Virus record (IMG/VR): IMGVR_UViG_3300028887_000066
Location: 32,001 to 96,000 of that record
From: a virus
Taxonomy: Duplodnaviria > Heunggongvirae > Uroviricota > Caudoviricetes
Direction: 5' to 3' (one strand)
Length of the DNA stretch: 64,000 bases
Shown here piece after piece: positions 1-10,000 of this stretch; the first letter of the stretch is position 1; every line of letters begins with the position of its first letter. Position numbers and translations under genes: made by a program. The notes below the pieces were generated by a model. That model was given only the letters and a program-made list of their open reading frames with translations, had not been told where the DNA came from and made no database searches.

Positions 1-34
1 TATTGTTTACTTAAAATCTTTTCTCAAATATACA

Positions 35-1225
35 TTAAATTTTAGATTCGTGATACCTTTTTATCTCTTTTTCCTCCAATTTCTTAAATGGAGAGAAAAA
101 TGACGCGAATTTTGTATCGCCGACTAAATCTGTTATACCATCCTCCAAAATGTATGAATAAAGATTAGCAAATGACCTTCCATCAGGGTCTTGTGGAGCA
201 TACATCATAGAGTCTATGGTATTTTTTGCTTCATCACTAAGTAGTGGATGTTTCAAATCTATGATTTTTTTATTGATTTCATAGAAATCTCCGTCATATT
301 CCTTATTAGAGACACCATTTATTATATTTTGATGTACTTGTAACGGCTTTTTCTTAGATTTAACCCTTTCATCGATCAATTCCTTCGCTCTTTCCTTTAC
401 ATCATCTATTGTAATTTTCCTATCAAGATATTCAGGAATAAGCTTTTTAAAACCTTCTTCCGACAATCCTTTGATGTTACCTATATTATCGCTTGTATCA
501 CCACAAAATACCTTTTTGACCAAAGTATTCTCATAATGGTATCCAAAATATTCCTTAAAATTAGTAGTGGTAATGAATTTCTTTTTATGAAGCTCATACA
601 ATGCTATGTCTTCGGCCAACAGTTGAGTCAAATCCATATCACCTGACATAATATATATTTTCTCATTTGGCTTCTTATGAGTACAATAATATGCGATAAA
701 ATCGTCCCCTTCAGTCACCTCGTCAAATATACTGCGAATATATAATTCCTCGAAATATCTAAGCAATATGTCCCGTTCCCTGTCAAAATTTTCATCAACG
801 AATTCATCCCATGTTTTCTTGTTTTGTGTGTTACTGTCTTTTTTCTTATTCTTGGAATATATGTATGCTTGCATCCGTTTCAGGTTTTCGTTATATTGCT
901 TCATATATTCAGACACGCCATAATTCTCATAATGTTTGTCTCTGTTTGCTTTATATGGCTTATATAGATTCCAACGAAGCCACCCTGAGTATTCGTTATC
1001 AAATGTCACATAAACATAGTCTGGGTTAATTTTATTAATAAGCATCCTTAATTGGAGTAAGAATTGAAACACCCCGCCGATATGCACCCCATTTTGATTG
1101 ACCGTAGGATCCACCATACTAAAAAACAAAAGTGAATTGCCGTCTACAAGCAAAGTATAAAATGGTTTTTCTTTGATCAAATCAGGATGCTCTTCCTGTA
1201 TTTTTTTTCTAATAGGCTGGGACAT
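35..1225 (-). CDS. 5'-3' exonuclease / flap endonuclease (T4 RNase H / PolA N-terminal family)
   Basis: Motifs LLVDGNSL, YKANR, EGDDFIA, SGDMDLTQL and GDTSDNIGNIKGL (helix-hairpin-helix) match the 5'-nuclease family. Confidence 0.92.
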   Translation of the reverse strand: MSQPIRKKIQEEHPDLIKEKPFYTLLVDGNSLLFFSMVDPTVNQNGVHIGGVFQFLLQLRMLINKINPDYVYVTFDNEYSGWLRWNLYKPYKANRDKHYENYGVSEYMKQYNENLKRMQAYIYSKNKKKDSNTQNKKTWDEFVDENFDRERDILLRYFEELYIRSIFDEVTEGDDFIAYYCTHKKPNEKIYIMSGDMDLTQLLAEDIALYELHKKKFITTTNFKEYFGYHYENTLVKKVFCGDTSDNIGNIKGLSEEGFKKLIPEYLDRKITIDDVKERAKELIDERVKSKKKPLQVHQNIINGVSNKEYDGDFYEINKKIIDLKHPLLSDEAKNTIDSMMYAPQDPDGRSFANLYSYILEDGITDLVGDTKFASFFSPFKKLEEKEIKRYHESKI

Positions 1226-1373
1226 ATTCCTCTATTTCTTTTCTTAATCCTTTATGTATTTCTTCTAATATCTTATCACTCACATATGAACCATCTTCAA
1301 GCTGCCACATGTAATGGTCACTGTCAAAATATACTTTTCTTGGGAACTCAATTGTTACTTCGTCGCTAAACAT
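1209..1373 (-). CDS. small hypothetical protein (54 aa, not in ORF track)
   Basis: Manual translation MFSDEVTIEFPRKVYFDSDHYMWQLEDGSYVSDKILEEIHKGLRKEIEEYVPAY*; overlaps the exonuclease start by 17 bp. Confidence 0.5.
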   Translation of the reverse strand: MFSDEVTIEFPRKVYFDSDHYMWQLEDGSYVSDKILEEIHKGLRKEIEEYVPAY

Positions 1374-1468
1374 AAGCTTATCATCAAATTATCGTAAAAA
1401 ATATTATTAAAAGGTTTAATTTTTATTAAATATACATTAAAATCCTTGGCCATACTATTTTTTCGACG

Positions 1469-1476
1469 TATCTTTG
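1469..1476 (+). promoter_or_regulatory. Bacteroidota sigma-A -7 box (TATCTTTG)
   Basis: Matches TAnnTTTG, about 28 nt before the ATG at 1504. Confidence 0.65.
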
Positions 1477-1503
1477 CAATAGAAACATATAAATTACAAC
1501 ATC

Positions 1504-1896
1504 ATGACAAAACTTGAGGATATAAAAGCAAAATTATTGGCTGAAAACACTCCTGAAAAGAAAAGGGAAAGGTTAATCAAGGCATTCAATGAAATGAAAC
1601 CTTTCAAATATCCTTGTAACATACCAAACATACCTATTACCGACGAAGAGACATATAATACAGTAGTCGTTCCGAATCTCATCAGATGTGGTGCAATAGC
1701 AAAAAACAAGCTAATCATCGGGAAAACATATATAGGTGATTGTAGAAATGCTACAGAAGCCACATGGGATGGGGAAAAGTTCACATATATGCGTATAAAA
1801 TTCGGATGTGCGTATCCTGAAAAGATAAATCATTTTGAGGACGACAATGGATATGATTTATTCGTACCAATAAAAGAAAAACAGAATAACAAATAG
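1504..1896 (+). CDS. hypothetical protein
   Basis: 130-aa ORF with an upstream TAnnTTTG box and phage-like composition. Confidence 0.75.
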   Translation: MTKLEDIKAKLLAENTPEKKRERLIKAFNEMKPFKYPCNIPNIPITDEETYNTVVVPNLIRCGAIAKNKLIIGKTYIGDCRNATEATWDGEKFTYMRIKFGCAYPEKINHFEDDNGYDLFVPIKEKQNNK

Positions 1897-1904
1897 TGTT
1901 TAAA

Positions 1905-2066
1905 ATGGAAAATAACTACATTGACGAAAACAGTTTCATTGGGCAGGGAAGAAGCCAAAAACAATTGGATAATGACAATTGGTGTGCAGGAATGTCAGCT
2001 ATCTTGTTCGGGGCATTTATAGTGGCGGCAATAATTTATGCGGGCATTAAACTTTTCTTTAATTGA
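1905..2066 (+). CDS. small membrane protein (53 aa, not in ORF track)
   Basis: Manual translation MENNYIDENSFIGQGRSQKQLDNDNWCAGMSAILFGAFIVAAIIYAGIKLFFN*; one C-terminal hydrophobic helix; ends at a terminator. Confidence 0.6.
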   Translation: MENNYIDENSFIGQGRSQKQLDNDNWCAGMSAILFGAFIVAAIIYAGIKLFFN

Positions 2067-2113
2067 AAAATAGAGGTTTGAAGATTTATTACTTTCTTCA
2101 AACCTCTATTTTT
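2066..2113. terminator. bidirectional intrinsic terminator
   Basis: 19-bp inverted repeat AAAAATAGAGGTTTGAAGA / TCTTCAAACCTCTATTTTT between convergent genes. Confidence 0.85.
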
Positions 2114-2519
2114 ATTCATAATATTCCAACTCATCTATCATATATCCGTGAAACTCATAATTCACATGATCTTCTGCATTGTCATACTCATCCCTCGTAA
2201 CACTATATTTTTCATAAACAAGGTCATATTTTCCTTCGGTGTCAAATGAATCGTATTCCTTCTTATATGCCTCAAGTGATGTTGGATCAATTAGTTCGTC
2301 ATTTTCATCATAGTATTTGTTATAGATTTCATCTACTTTCTCGTTCAAAAACTCTTCTATCTCGTCATATAGTTCCTTTGTAATTTTCTTATCCAATTCT
2401 TCACTTTCCTTGATGAAGGCTTCAGCCTTATCCCTTGTAGGAAACACGGCTTCATTTCTATCCCACTTATCTTCCCAATAACCTCCGTATGAGCGGACGA
2501 CATATACTTTCTTATTCAT
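2112..2519 (-). CDS. acidic hypothetical protein
   Basis: 135-aa ORF rich in D/E/Y; TATATTTG box on the minus strand at 2555-2562. Confidence 0.75.
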   Translation of the reverse strand: MNKKVYVVRSYGGYWEDKWDRNEAVFPTRDKAEAFIKESEELDKKITKELYDEIEEFLNEKVDEIYNKYYDENDELIDPTSLEAYKKEYDSFDTEGKYDLVYEKYSVTRDEYDNAEDHVNYEFHGYMIDELEYYE

Positions 2520-2567
2520 AAATAATTTTTTTAAGATAACTTAATATTTCATTACAAATATATAAAA

Positions 2568-2594
2568 ATGGGTGATACAAATTGTATCACCCAT
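2568..2594 (-). terminator. hairpin terminator after recA
   Basis: ATGGGTGATACAA-A-TTGTATCACCCAT, followed by a T-run on the minus strand. Confidence 0.75.
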
Positions 2595-2608
2595 ATTCCT
2601 AATTATAT

Positions 2609-3775
2609 TTAATCCTCTTCTTCAACAAACTCCATATCTTCGGCTTTTGCATCTTGTAGTTTATCCGCACCAACGGCATTCTTCATTTTCTCAAAAATAA
2701 GAGGAATTTGTGTTTTCTTATAGTTTTCAAGTTCATCTTCACCGATAATGCCATTATGGACACAACAAATTGTCCCACTATAAACAATATTATATGGTAC
2801 GGGTAATTGTGTCTTGAAAATACTTATCTTGGCCAATGTGCCATATTGATATTCCTGCCCCTTCAAAACGGCTTTTAGCTTTTTCGTAGCGGCTTTTGCC
2901 GTTCCGCCACAGTGTATCCCAAGTCGAGTTGCATAGAATATGGCCTTGCCTCCACTATTTTCCACAGAAATAGCACCACCCATAGAATTCATTACATCCT
3001 GCCAAATCTTGTTTACGACAAGTAATGTATTTGAATACTGTGAATCTATCTCCTTAGACGCTGAAATACGGCTAAAAATAGGTTTAAATGCCGTTGAGAT
3101 GGCCCCAGCGTCAAATTGATTATTGCCTGTCTTTGATGTGTAGGAACGGTAAGACTGTATGCTTCCCACAGAGTCCCATACAAACAAAATCGGCATTGGA
3201 AGCTCTCCTTCATCTTGCTTATCGAGGAATGTATTGATAATATACGCAATATCCTCAATTACAGCCACCTTGCGTTTCTTCGCCTTTTTCGTTCCTGTGG
3301 AGTAATCCATATCACCGCAGAATTCACACATTTTTGAATTCGTAAACAGAAAATAATCCCCTTCCCAATTGACGATTTCTCGCTTAGTAGTAACCTCACC
3401 CGTAACATCATCAACGACTTCAACGTCATCATATACGGGTTCAATAGCCATACCACAATCTTTTGCATATTGAAAATCAAAGTTTCCTTCCGTTTCAAAA
3501 ATAACAGGAAGGATGCCTTGTCTCATTGCAGCGGCAATTGCACAATTCTTAATAGTCGATTTTCCTGTATCAGACCATCCACGCACGGTTGTAACACCCC
3601 TTGCAATAGGAATTCCAGGAAGCTTTAAAGCATCTTGATAGCCCTTAGGCATTATAATCCATTCCAATTCCTTATCTGCCGACTTACTATTTTCTTCGCC
3701 ACCAAGGAGTCCGTTCTTAAAATCCGAAACGCTAAACGACTTAACTGTCTTTTTCTTTAACGGCTGTTTTGCCAT
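2609..3775 (-). CDS. recA: RecA/UvsX-like recombinase
   Basis: Walker A GWSDTGKST, Walker B LFVWDSVGS and the RecA-type GGKAIFYATRL segment. Confidence 0.9.
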   Translation of the reverse strand: MAKQPLKKKTVKSFSVSDFKNGLLGGEENSKSADKELEWIIMPKGYQDALKLPGIPIARGVTTVRGWSDTGKSTIKNCAIAAAMRQGILPVIFETEGNFDFQYAKDCGMAIEPVYDDVEVVDDVTGEVTTKREIVNWEGDYFLFTNSKMCEFCGDMDYSTGTKKAKKRKVAVIEDIAYIINTFLDKQDEGELPMPILFVWDSVGSIQSYRSYTSKTGNNQFDAGAISTAFKPIFSRISASKEIDSQYSNTLLVVNKIWQDVMNSMGGAISVENSGGKAIFYATRLGIHCGGTAKAATKKLKAVLKGQEYQYGTLAKISIFKTQLPVPYNIVYSGTICCVHNGIIGEDELENYKKTQIPLIFEKMKNAVGADKLQDAKAEDMEFVEEED

Positions 3776-3874
3776 AATTCACATAAAATTTTACCTAAAA
3801 ATTATTGTTAGAAAATTCAGATGGTTGATGCTCCATGATTGATCAAAGAAACATCAACCACCATATTTTACCAA

Positions 3875-4912
3875 TTAGAACGGAAGACCGTCGTCACCTT
3901 CATCCAAAGAATTTACATTTTTCGTGTTTTGTGCATTGCCGTCAATCGCATTTTTTTCAGCGGCCTTAATCTGTTCATCGGCTTTCCTTTCACTCTCAGA
4001 TTTTTCCTGCTCTTTCTTTTTCTTGTATTCCTCAGGACTCATTTTCTTGATCCATTTATCGTTCTCCCTGTCGAACCAAGGAGTGTCACCATCGAGAATC
4101 ACCTTGAGATAATCGTATGGCTTTGCCACAAACACATCAGACCATACTTTTGCATCATTAAGCCATTTATCCCTCAATTCAGGGTTATCAGTCAATGGCT
4201 TAGGACTTCCGAATAATGATACGGTAGTAATCGTCTTGTTCGTAGGCTTCCCTTCCTTGTCATAACGACGCTTAACAGTAACCTTCAGGTCATAGCCCGT
4301 ATCAATATCAAGAATATTCTCAACAGGTTTTTTCTCTATTTCACACTCTTCCTTCTTATCATTGAAGAGTTTTCTTATCTGATGCTCAGGATCCATCTCG
4401 TCACTTCTAAGGTTAAACTTCCAGAACTTCACCCCTTCATCTTCCTTACCGCGCTCGATGCATCGTATAATAGAAACTTCATTAGGAATCATAGAAAGCG
4501 ACCTATCCCTCCATTCCATAGCAATGTTGTTCTCGCCCTTCTCCTTATATTCCGTGAACTTCTCATAGGCATGCTTTCTCTCCTCACAGAACGGGCAGGC
4601 AGTACCTAACTTCTCCGTATACTTGCCATGTGTCCTGTTAAGACATACATAAGACTTATAGCCGTTTTCTGAAATTTCCTTGGGGACTCCAACAGTATGC
4701 ATGTGGATGTGTTGGAATGGTGATGATGAATCCTTGTCAATGGTGATGATGCGAATATATATCTTCTTTTCATCCTCACCGTTTTCAAGTTTTACGTTGA
4801 GATAGTTCTTTGCGTCATAATTGGAAGTCGCAACGTATGCATTCCTTTTTTTCCCGCTGTTCTCTAAGGCTTCGATGGTTATATTCTTAGCCGTACTCTT
4901 TACATCTTGCAT
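3875..4912 (-). CDS. single-stranded DNA-binding protein, T4 gp32-like
   Basis: H..C..CPFC zinc site, GVKFWKF and GYDLKVTV motifs, acidic C-terminus DDGLPF; lies next to the recombinase. Confidence 0.8.
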   Translation of the reverse strand: MQDVKSTAKNITIEALENSGKKRNAYVATSNYDAKNYLNVKLENGEDEKKIYIRIITIDKDSSSPFQHIHMHTVGVPKEISENGYKSYVCLNRTHGKYTEKLGTACPFCEERKHAYEKFTEYKEKGENNIAMEWRDRSLSMIPNEVSIIRCIERGKEDEGVKFWKFNLRSDEMDPEHQIRKLFNDKKEECEIEKKPVENILDIDTGYDLKVTVKRRYDKEGKPTNKTITTVSLFGSPKPLTDNPELRDKWLNDAKVWSDVFVAKPYDYLKVILDGDTPWFDRENDKWIKKMSPEEYKKKKEQEKSESERKADEQIKAAEKNAIDGNAQNTKNVNSLDEGDDGLPF

Positions 4913-4993
4913 TTTAAATTTTTCATTTTTTCTGCATTTAAGTTATTATTAAAACGTTTTTAAGTATGTTAATTTTTCTTTAATTTATCAAAA

Positions 4994-5022
4994 CAAATAT
5001 ACAAATCTTTTATATATAAATA
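4994..5022 (-). promoter_or_regulatory. tandem sigma-A -7 box (4994-5001) and late-type TATTTATA (5015-5022) upstream of ssb
   Basis: The minus strand reads TATTTATA...TATATTTG before the ATG at 4912. Confidence 0.55.
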
Positions 5023-5082
5023 CGAAGAAAGCCACTTTTTCAAGTGACTTTCCTTATTTATTTTTAACACTATTTCACATAA

Positions 5083-5913
5083 TTAATACTTGAGTACGCC
5101 ATCGAGTGTCTGATTATACATAAAATCATCATCATCCATTGAATCTGCTATGGATTTCCAATCGACATTACCATTTACATCATCCTTCGTGATGACATAC
5201 TGTCCCATGTTCTTACCATTGTTATCACTCTCGGTTGAATAGTTTGACGTTGCCTCTTTTTCCTTCCAATAATCCTCAGGCTTTACATTAAACGGGCCAG
5301 ACTTTGCTGTTTGCATACTGAGCTTCTCTATTTGCGTAGGATTTCTCTTTTCAAACTCTGCACGAAGGTCGTCTATTTTAGCATCATTCTGTTGAATAAG
5401 ACCCTTAAATGAGTCAAGCACATTCAACACCTTACTGAATTTATCATTAAGTTCAGTGACATCCTCCTCGGTTTTTTCCTGGCTGTCTGTAAGGTCTGAA
5501 ATATCCACTACATCATCATCAGGTGACGGCTGCTCACCACCTTCAAAGTCTTGATTGGTTATATCACCACCACCCATCATAGGATCTTGCTGCGCATCCT
5601 GTGGCGCAAATCCTTCAGGCCCTTGCGATGCTTGGTCTACTCCACCCATTCCTCCCATAGGGTCTTGTGCGCCCATAGGATTCTGTTGCTGCGCATCCGC
5701 ACCAAATCCATCCTGACCTTGTGGTGGCATCTGTTCTCCATTTGCCTCGCCCATGCCTCCATCCTGAGGCATTTCCTGTCCATTATCCTGATTTTCCTGA
5801 TCATCACCAGCTTCATCCACGTTACCGTTATACGGCATTACCGTGAATTCATAAATCTGCTGAAGTCTTTTCTTGGTCTCCTCGAATAATACACTCTTAT
5901 TGTTCTCTGCCAT
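5083..5913 (-). CDS. acidic low-complexity protein (possible head-internal or scaffold-like protein)
   Basis: 276 aa with a Q/G/D/P/M-rich disordered middle followed by a coiled coil. Confidence 0.6.
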   Translation of the reverse strand: MAENNKSVLFEETKKRLQQIYEFTVMPYNGNVDEAGDDQENQDNGQEMPQDGGMGEANGEQMPPQGQDGFGADAQQQNPMGAQDPMGGMGGVDQASQGPEGFAPQDAQQDPMMGGGDITNQDFEGGEQPSPDDDVVDISDLTDSQEKTEEDVTELNDKFSKVLNVLDSFKGLIQQNDAKIDDLRAEFEKRNPTQIEKLSMQTAKSGPFNVKPEDYWKEKEATSNYSTESDNNGKNMGQYVITKDDVNGNVDWKSIADSMDDDDFMYNQTLDGVLKY

Positions 5914-5940
5914 TTCCTATAAGCTGCTTTATACAGAATT

Positions 5941-6117
5941 TTAGCCAAAGAGAACCTGTCTGTTATCCTCAGCCAAGATTATTTTTTCATCGTCCTTATT
6001 AGTACGCTCTATAAGACCATTGTCCCTCTTGATTCTCTTAACGCGAACATTACTCTCATCTAGCGAATTGATGATTGAGTTTGCTCGTGCCATATCGTTG
6101 CTATTATTAAAACCCAT
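5941..6117 (-). CDS. small hypothetical protein (58 aa, not in ORF track)
   Basis: Manual translation MGFNNSNDMARANSIINSLDESNVRVKRIKRDNGLIERTNKDDEKIILAEDNRQVLFG*; fills the gap between two co-oriented genes. Confidence 0.7.
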   Translation of the reverse strand: MGFNNSNDMARANSIINSLDESNVRVKRIKRDNGLIERTNKDDEKIILAEDNRQVLFG

Positions 6118-6122
6118 AACAC

Positions 6123-6377
6123 TTACACGGTTTCTTCCTTAGTTTCCTCACCATTTACGGCGACTGGATCCGCCAATACAGGCTCGGAAACAATATTATT
6201 GTTATTAGCCTTCTTATGCTTTCCGCTATTTGCGGTTTTCTTTACCACTTCCACTGTTTGCGGTTTAGAAACCGTTTCAACTATTTGAGGTGTTGATGAC
6301 GGTTTTTCAGTCACCGTTACCTTACCTACTCTCGGAAGCACCCTTCTTAAATTAGGGCTTTTCTTGTTTATAAACAT
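6123..6377 (-). CDS. hypothetical protein
   Basis: 84-aa ORF; TATTTATA on the minus strand at 6403-6410. Confidence 0.65.
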   Translation of the reverse strand: MFINKKSPNLRRVLPRVGKVTVTEKPSSTPQIVETVSKPQTVEVVKKTANSGKHKKANNNNIVSEPVLADPVAVNGEETKEETV

Positions 6378-6430
6378 AATTGTGTTAAACTTTTACTTTC
6401 TTTATAAATACAGCTTATATGGAAAAAACT

Positions 6431-7033
6431 TCATTTGTTCTTCAAAAAATAGAGATATGGAACCAATATGTTACACGATGGTATAAACATTTTCATTTTA
6501 TATGAAATAAAGTTATCATTATCTAATATGATATTGTTTTTCCCTTCTTTGATCAGGCTCCTAATCTTATCATCCTTAATTCCAATATATCTTGTATAGT
6601 CTAAAGAAAACCCTATCACGTTTCCTTCATAATACAGATATATGTGCCTATCAGTCAAATAGAATATTTTATCGGAATCATTCCTTATAAACCCAATAAT
6701 AGACTTGATTCTTGCCAACGACTCACAAAATATATTAATAAACGTATATTTTACTGAATTACTTAATTTGGAAACGACCAATTCATTGAATGTTAACAAA
6801 TCCTTTTCAAACTCATTACGTTTTTCAAGTTTTGTATAAGTCCAATAAAGATTTTTGCCTATTTTTTTGTCCAAAACATGAACATTCTCTTTACCACACA
6901 CTGACTCGGCTAATTCCTTGCCAATTATTAGGGTAGGTATTGAGGTGTCAATACTATCGGTCTTGCTGGTTTTCTCAACAAAATCGATAGTATCAACTTT
7001 TCTCATATTTGTTATGATTCGCCCTATATACAT
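6431..7033 (-). CDS. hypothetical protein
   Basis: 200-aa ORF; TATATTTG box on the minus strand at 7065-7072. Confidence 0.75.
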   Translation of the reverse strand: MYIGRIITNMRKVDTIDFVEKTSKTDSIDTSIPTLIIGKELAESVCGKENVHVLDKKIGKNLYWTYTKLEKRNEFEKDLLTFNELVVSKLSNSVKYTFINIFCESLARIKSIIGFIRNDSDKIFYLTDRHIYLYYEGNVIGFSLDYTRYIGIKDDKIRSLIKEGKNNIILDNDNFISYKMKMFIPSCNILVPYLYFLKNK

Positions 7034-7081
7034 TCAAATTTACCGTTTAAGATATTCTACAATACAAATATACAAATTATT

Positions 7082-10000
7082 TTATGTATTGTATATACCA
7101 TCCCACGCTGAAGGCATATATGCCTTGACATTGATGCCTTGTTCAATACGAGCCATTATTTCGCCCAATAAACAAATATTCTCTTTATCCCAAGATATTA
7201 CTGTATTTTCATCATACGTCTTATGAGCCGCATTGTTCTTTGTTAAAAATGAACAAAGGCTTGGGATATAGTGACACCATTGGTTATTCTTATTTTCATC
7301 GGCATCAGGTGGACAATACTTGTATATAATTGTTTTCGGAGTATTCCTACCAACATCAAAATATTTTTCCTTAATATAAAGGATGAATAATTTGCACGCG
7401 CTAACGGCATCCGTATGAGTTGTAAAACGACGATTATGATAATCCGTGAAATTACTCTTTGGGGTGATGTTTATACCATATCCATTCCACTTATCCCACT
7501 CGCTTGAACGTGTTATGTTAAATATTCTAAACGGTGAATGTGGTGTTTTTCCACTATTTCTTGGATAGTTTAAAGCTTCACATAAATGGTAATTACCACT
7601 TGCTTGCATTGTTTGAACTGTCTTCTTATGGCAATTTTTATGTCTTAATATGTAAATCGGCTTCAAATTCTTCCTATCTGGGTCGCTTGTGTTATATACA
7701 TACATATCAGATTGCCCAAAATCACTCACCCATTTATCACCACTATACATACATACATGCCCATATGCATACTGAGCCTGGCCGTTTTTATAACCTTTCA
7801 ATGCTTTATAGCTATAATTTCCATCGTACATACAAGCAACATCACCAGGCAATGCGTTTTCTCTCGTCCATTGCTGTCTCTGCGCACGTGTCCATCCCGC
7901 TGGAATTGTGTATTCACTACTTTCAGAAGATGGAATAAGTTCAAAATTATATTTTCTTACTCCTTGCTCACTATCTACATATCCTGATGCTTGAACTCCG
8001 TTTCCAATTCGGCATCTATCCTTATCATAACCTAATGCAACTGAAATGTATTTTGAAACGGCAGTTGCACACCAATGTCCGCTTGAACTTGTCACATAAG
8101 GACTTGGATAGGCACATTTTGTACCGTCTCTATTGCATAATGTACCCATCATTAACTCAACCGCTTTAGATGGGTCAAAATCGCTACAATCAACAGCAGA
8201 AGCCACAGGATTATACACCTCTAAACCACCATCCATATTTGTAGTAGTTCCTACTACTCTCCTGATATTGAAAATATCATCATTGAAAGCTAACTGATTC
8301 CTTGAAACCCTCACACCCGTAAACAATGTACTGAAATTACCTGCTCTAATATGATGCTCAACATTGGTAATGATATATGCCCCCCTAAACATAGGTATAT
8401 TATTCAATTGAAAATACATTAGAGGCATTATATTCGCACATCCAAGCATTTCAACAGAACAATTGTATGATCTGTTCGCATATATAGAATACACATCATT
8501 TGCTATCGTATATGGTTTTTCCAATGTACCATCATTTTTCCAGTTAGCAAGCTCAAACAAGTTTGCAATAGAATAGTCCGTAACACGTGGATTATCCATA
8601 TTGACGTTGATATTCTTAAAATATTGTTGATTCTGTCTTGCATACGTCACACCGAATGCGGGTATTGTCAATGGCATACCGCTTTGGCTCTTGTTGAACA
8701 AGTTAGCTATCGTTGTAGGAGCCGCATTACTCGCAATGTCGTTCAAGTCAGTTATACCATCGTCACACATACTCGTTTGAGATTCGTCCTCAAGCACATG
8801 TGATACCTCATATGTATACATACAAACATAGGTCGAACCGAACCCTCGTTTCATCGTATTCTCTATCTGAGGTCGAAATATATTCTCAAGTCCATTCTTA
8901 CTATAGAAATTATTCAATACAGGCAACGCCAAGAAAAGGAGTCTATTTTTCTGACAGACATCGGCCATAAACTCATATACGCTGTAATTGGATTTGTTGT
9001 CCAATTGATCAGCGATAAGCTTATATATGGTATCGGGATTTATTTTAAACCTTGATGATATATCGTTATAAAAAGAATCAATAAACACAAAATTATCATA
9101 TTCTTTTATTCCACGATGTCCATTATTCGAGCCATAATGCAATTGATCATTCACATAACGGCTTGTTTTCACGTCAAAATCATCAATAGGTGTCCTTAGT
9201 TCAAAATCACTTACGGAATATGAATTAATCCATTTATCATACAAATTTTTCAAAGCATTATATGCCTCAAGCTTATAATTTTCCGTAATATCTGTCTCGT
9301 CTACATTATTTTCTGCTGCCTCTTCAAGACTTTTCTGATCCCCATAAACGTTAGACAATGCGTTTACAAAAGCGACATACTCGCTTAATGGCATTGAAAT
9401 ACTGTCTCCATTATTTTCATCTTTTATTTCATAAAAATATTTTTTATGAATATTACTAAAAATGCCATCATACAACATTTCCCTCAAAGCAACAGAATTA
9501 TGATTGTCAACATCTTCAGATGGAGACCCATTATCGATTATAATATTTTTTAGATAGTTACTTATCGTTCTCCACTCATTAGATGCTAAGAATTTATCAA
9601 AAACTTTTTTCGCTTCTTCTTTTATTATTGTACTCAAATTATCCGTACATTCTTTAAAATCTTTTTGAAAGCCTCTGCTCGAATCTCCGTAATAGTAATA
9701 ATAATGGCTTGTATCATCATAATAGCCACTAAGATAAGAATGAATAAACATTAATGTCAATGGACTTATGCATGTAATACTTGTTTTATTTGATATTTCA
9801 CCTATATATCTAAACAAATTTTTAAATGCGTCACTTCTAGTCGTTCTCCATATAAATTCATGGCGATTATTCCCACGTCCACTCAGAAGATTGCTTGGAT
9901 AATCCCATATTAAAGTTTCCATTAAATCATAGACAAATAGTGATAAATTATACCCATTATTACCATTTATCATTCTTCCATAACTTGAAAAATGTCTATG

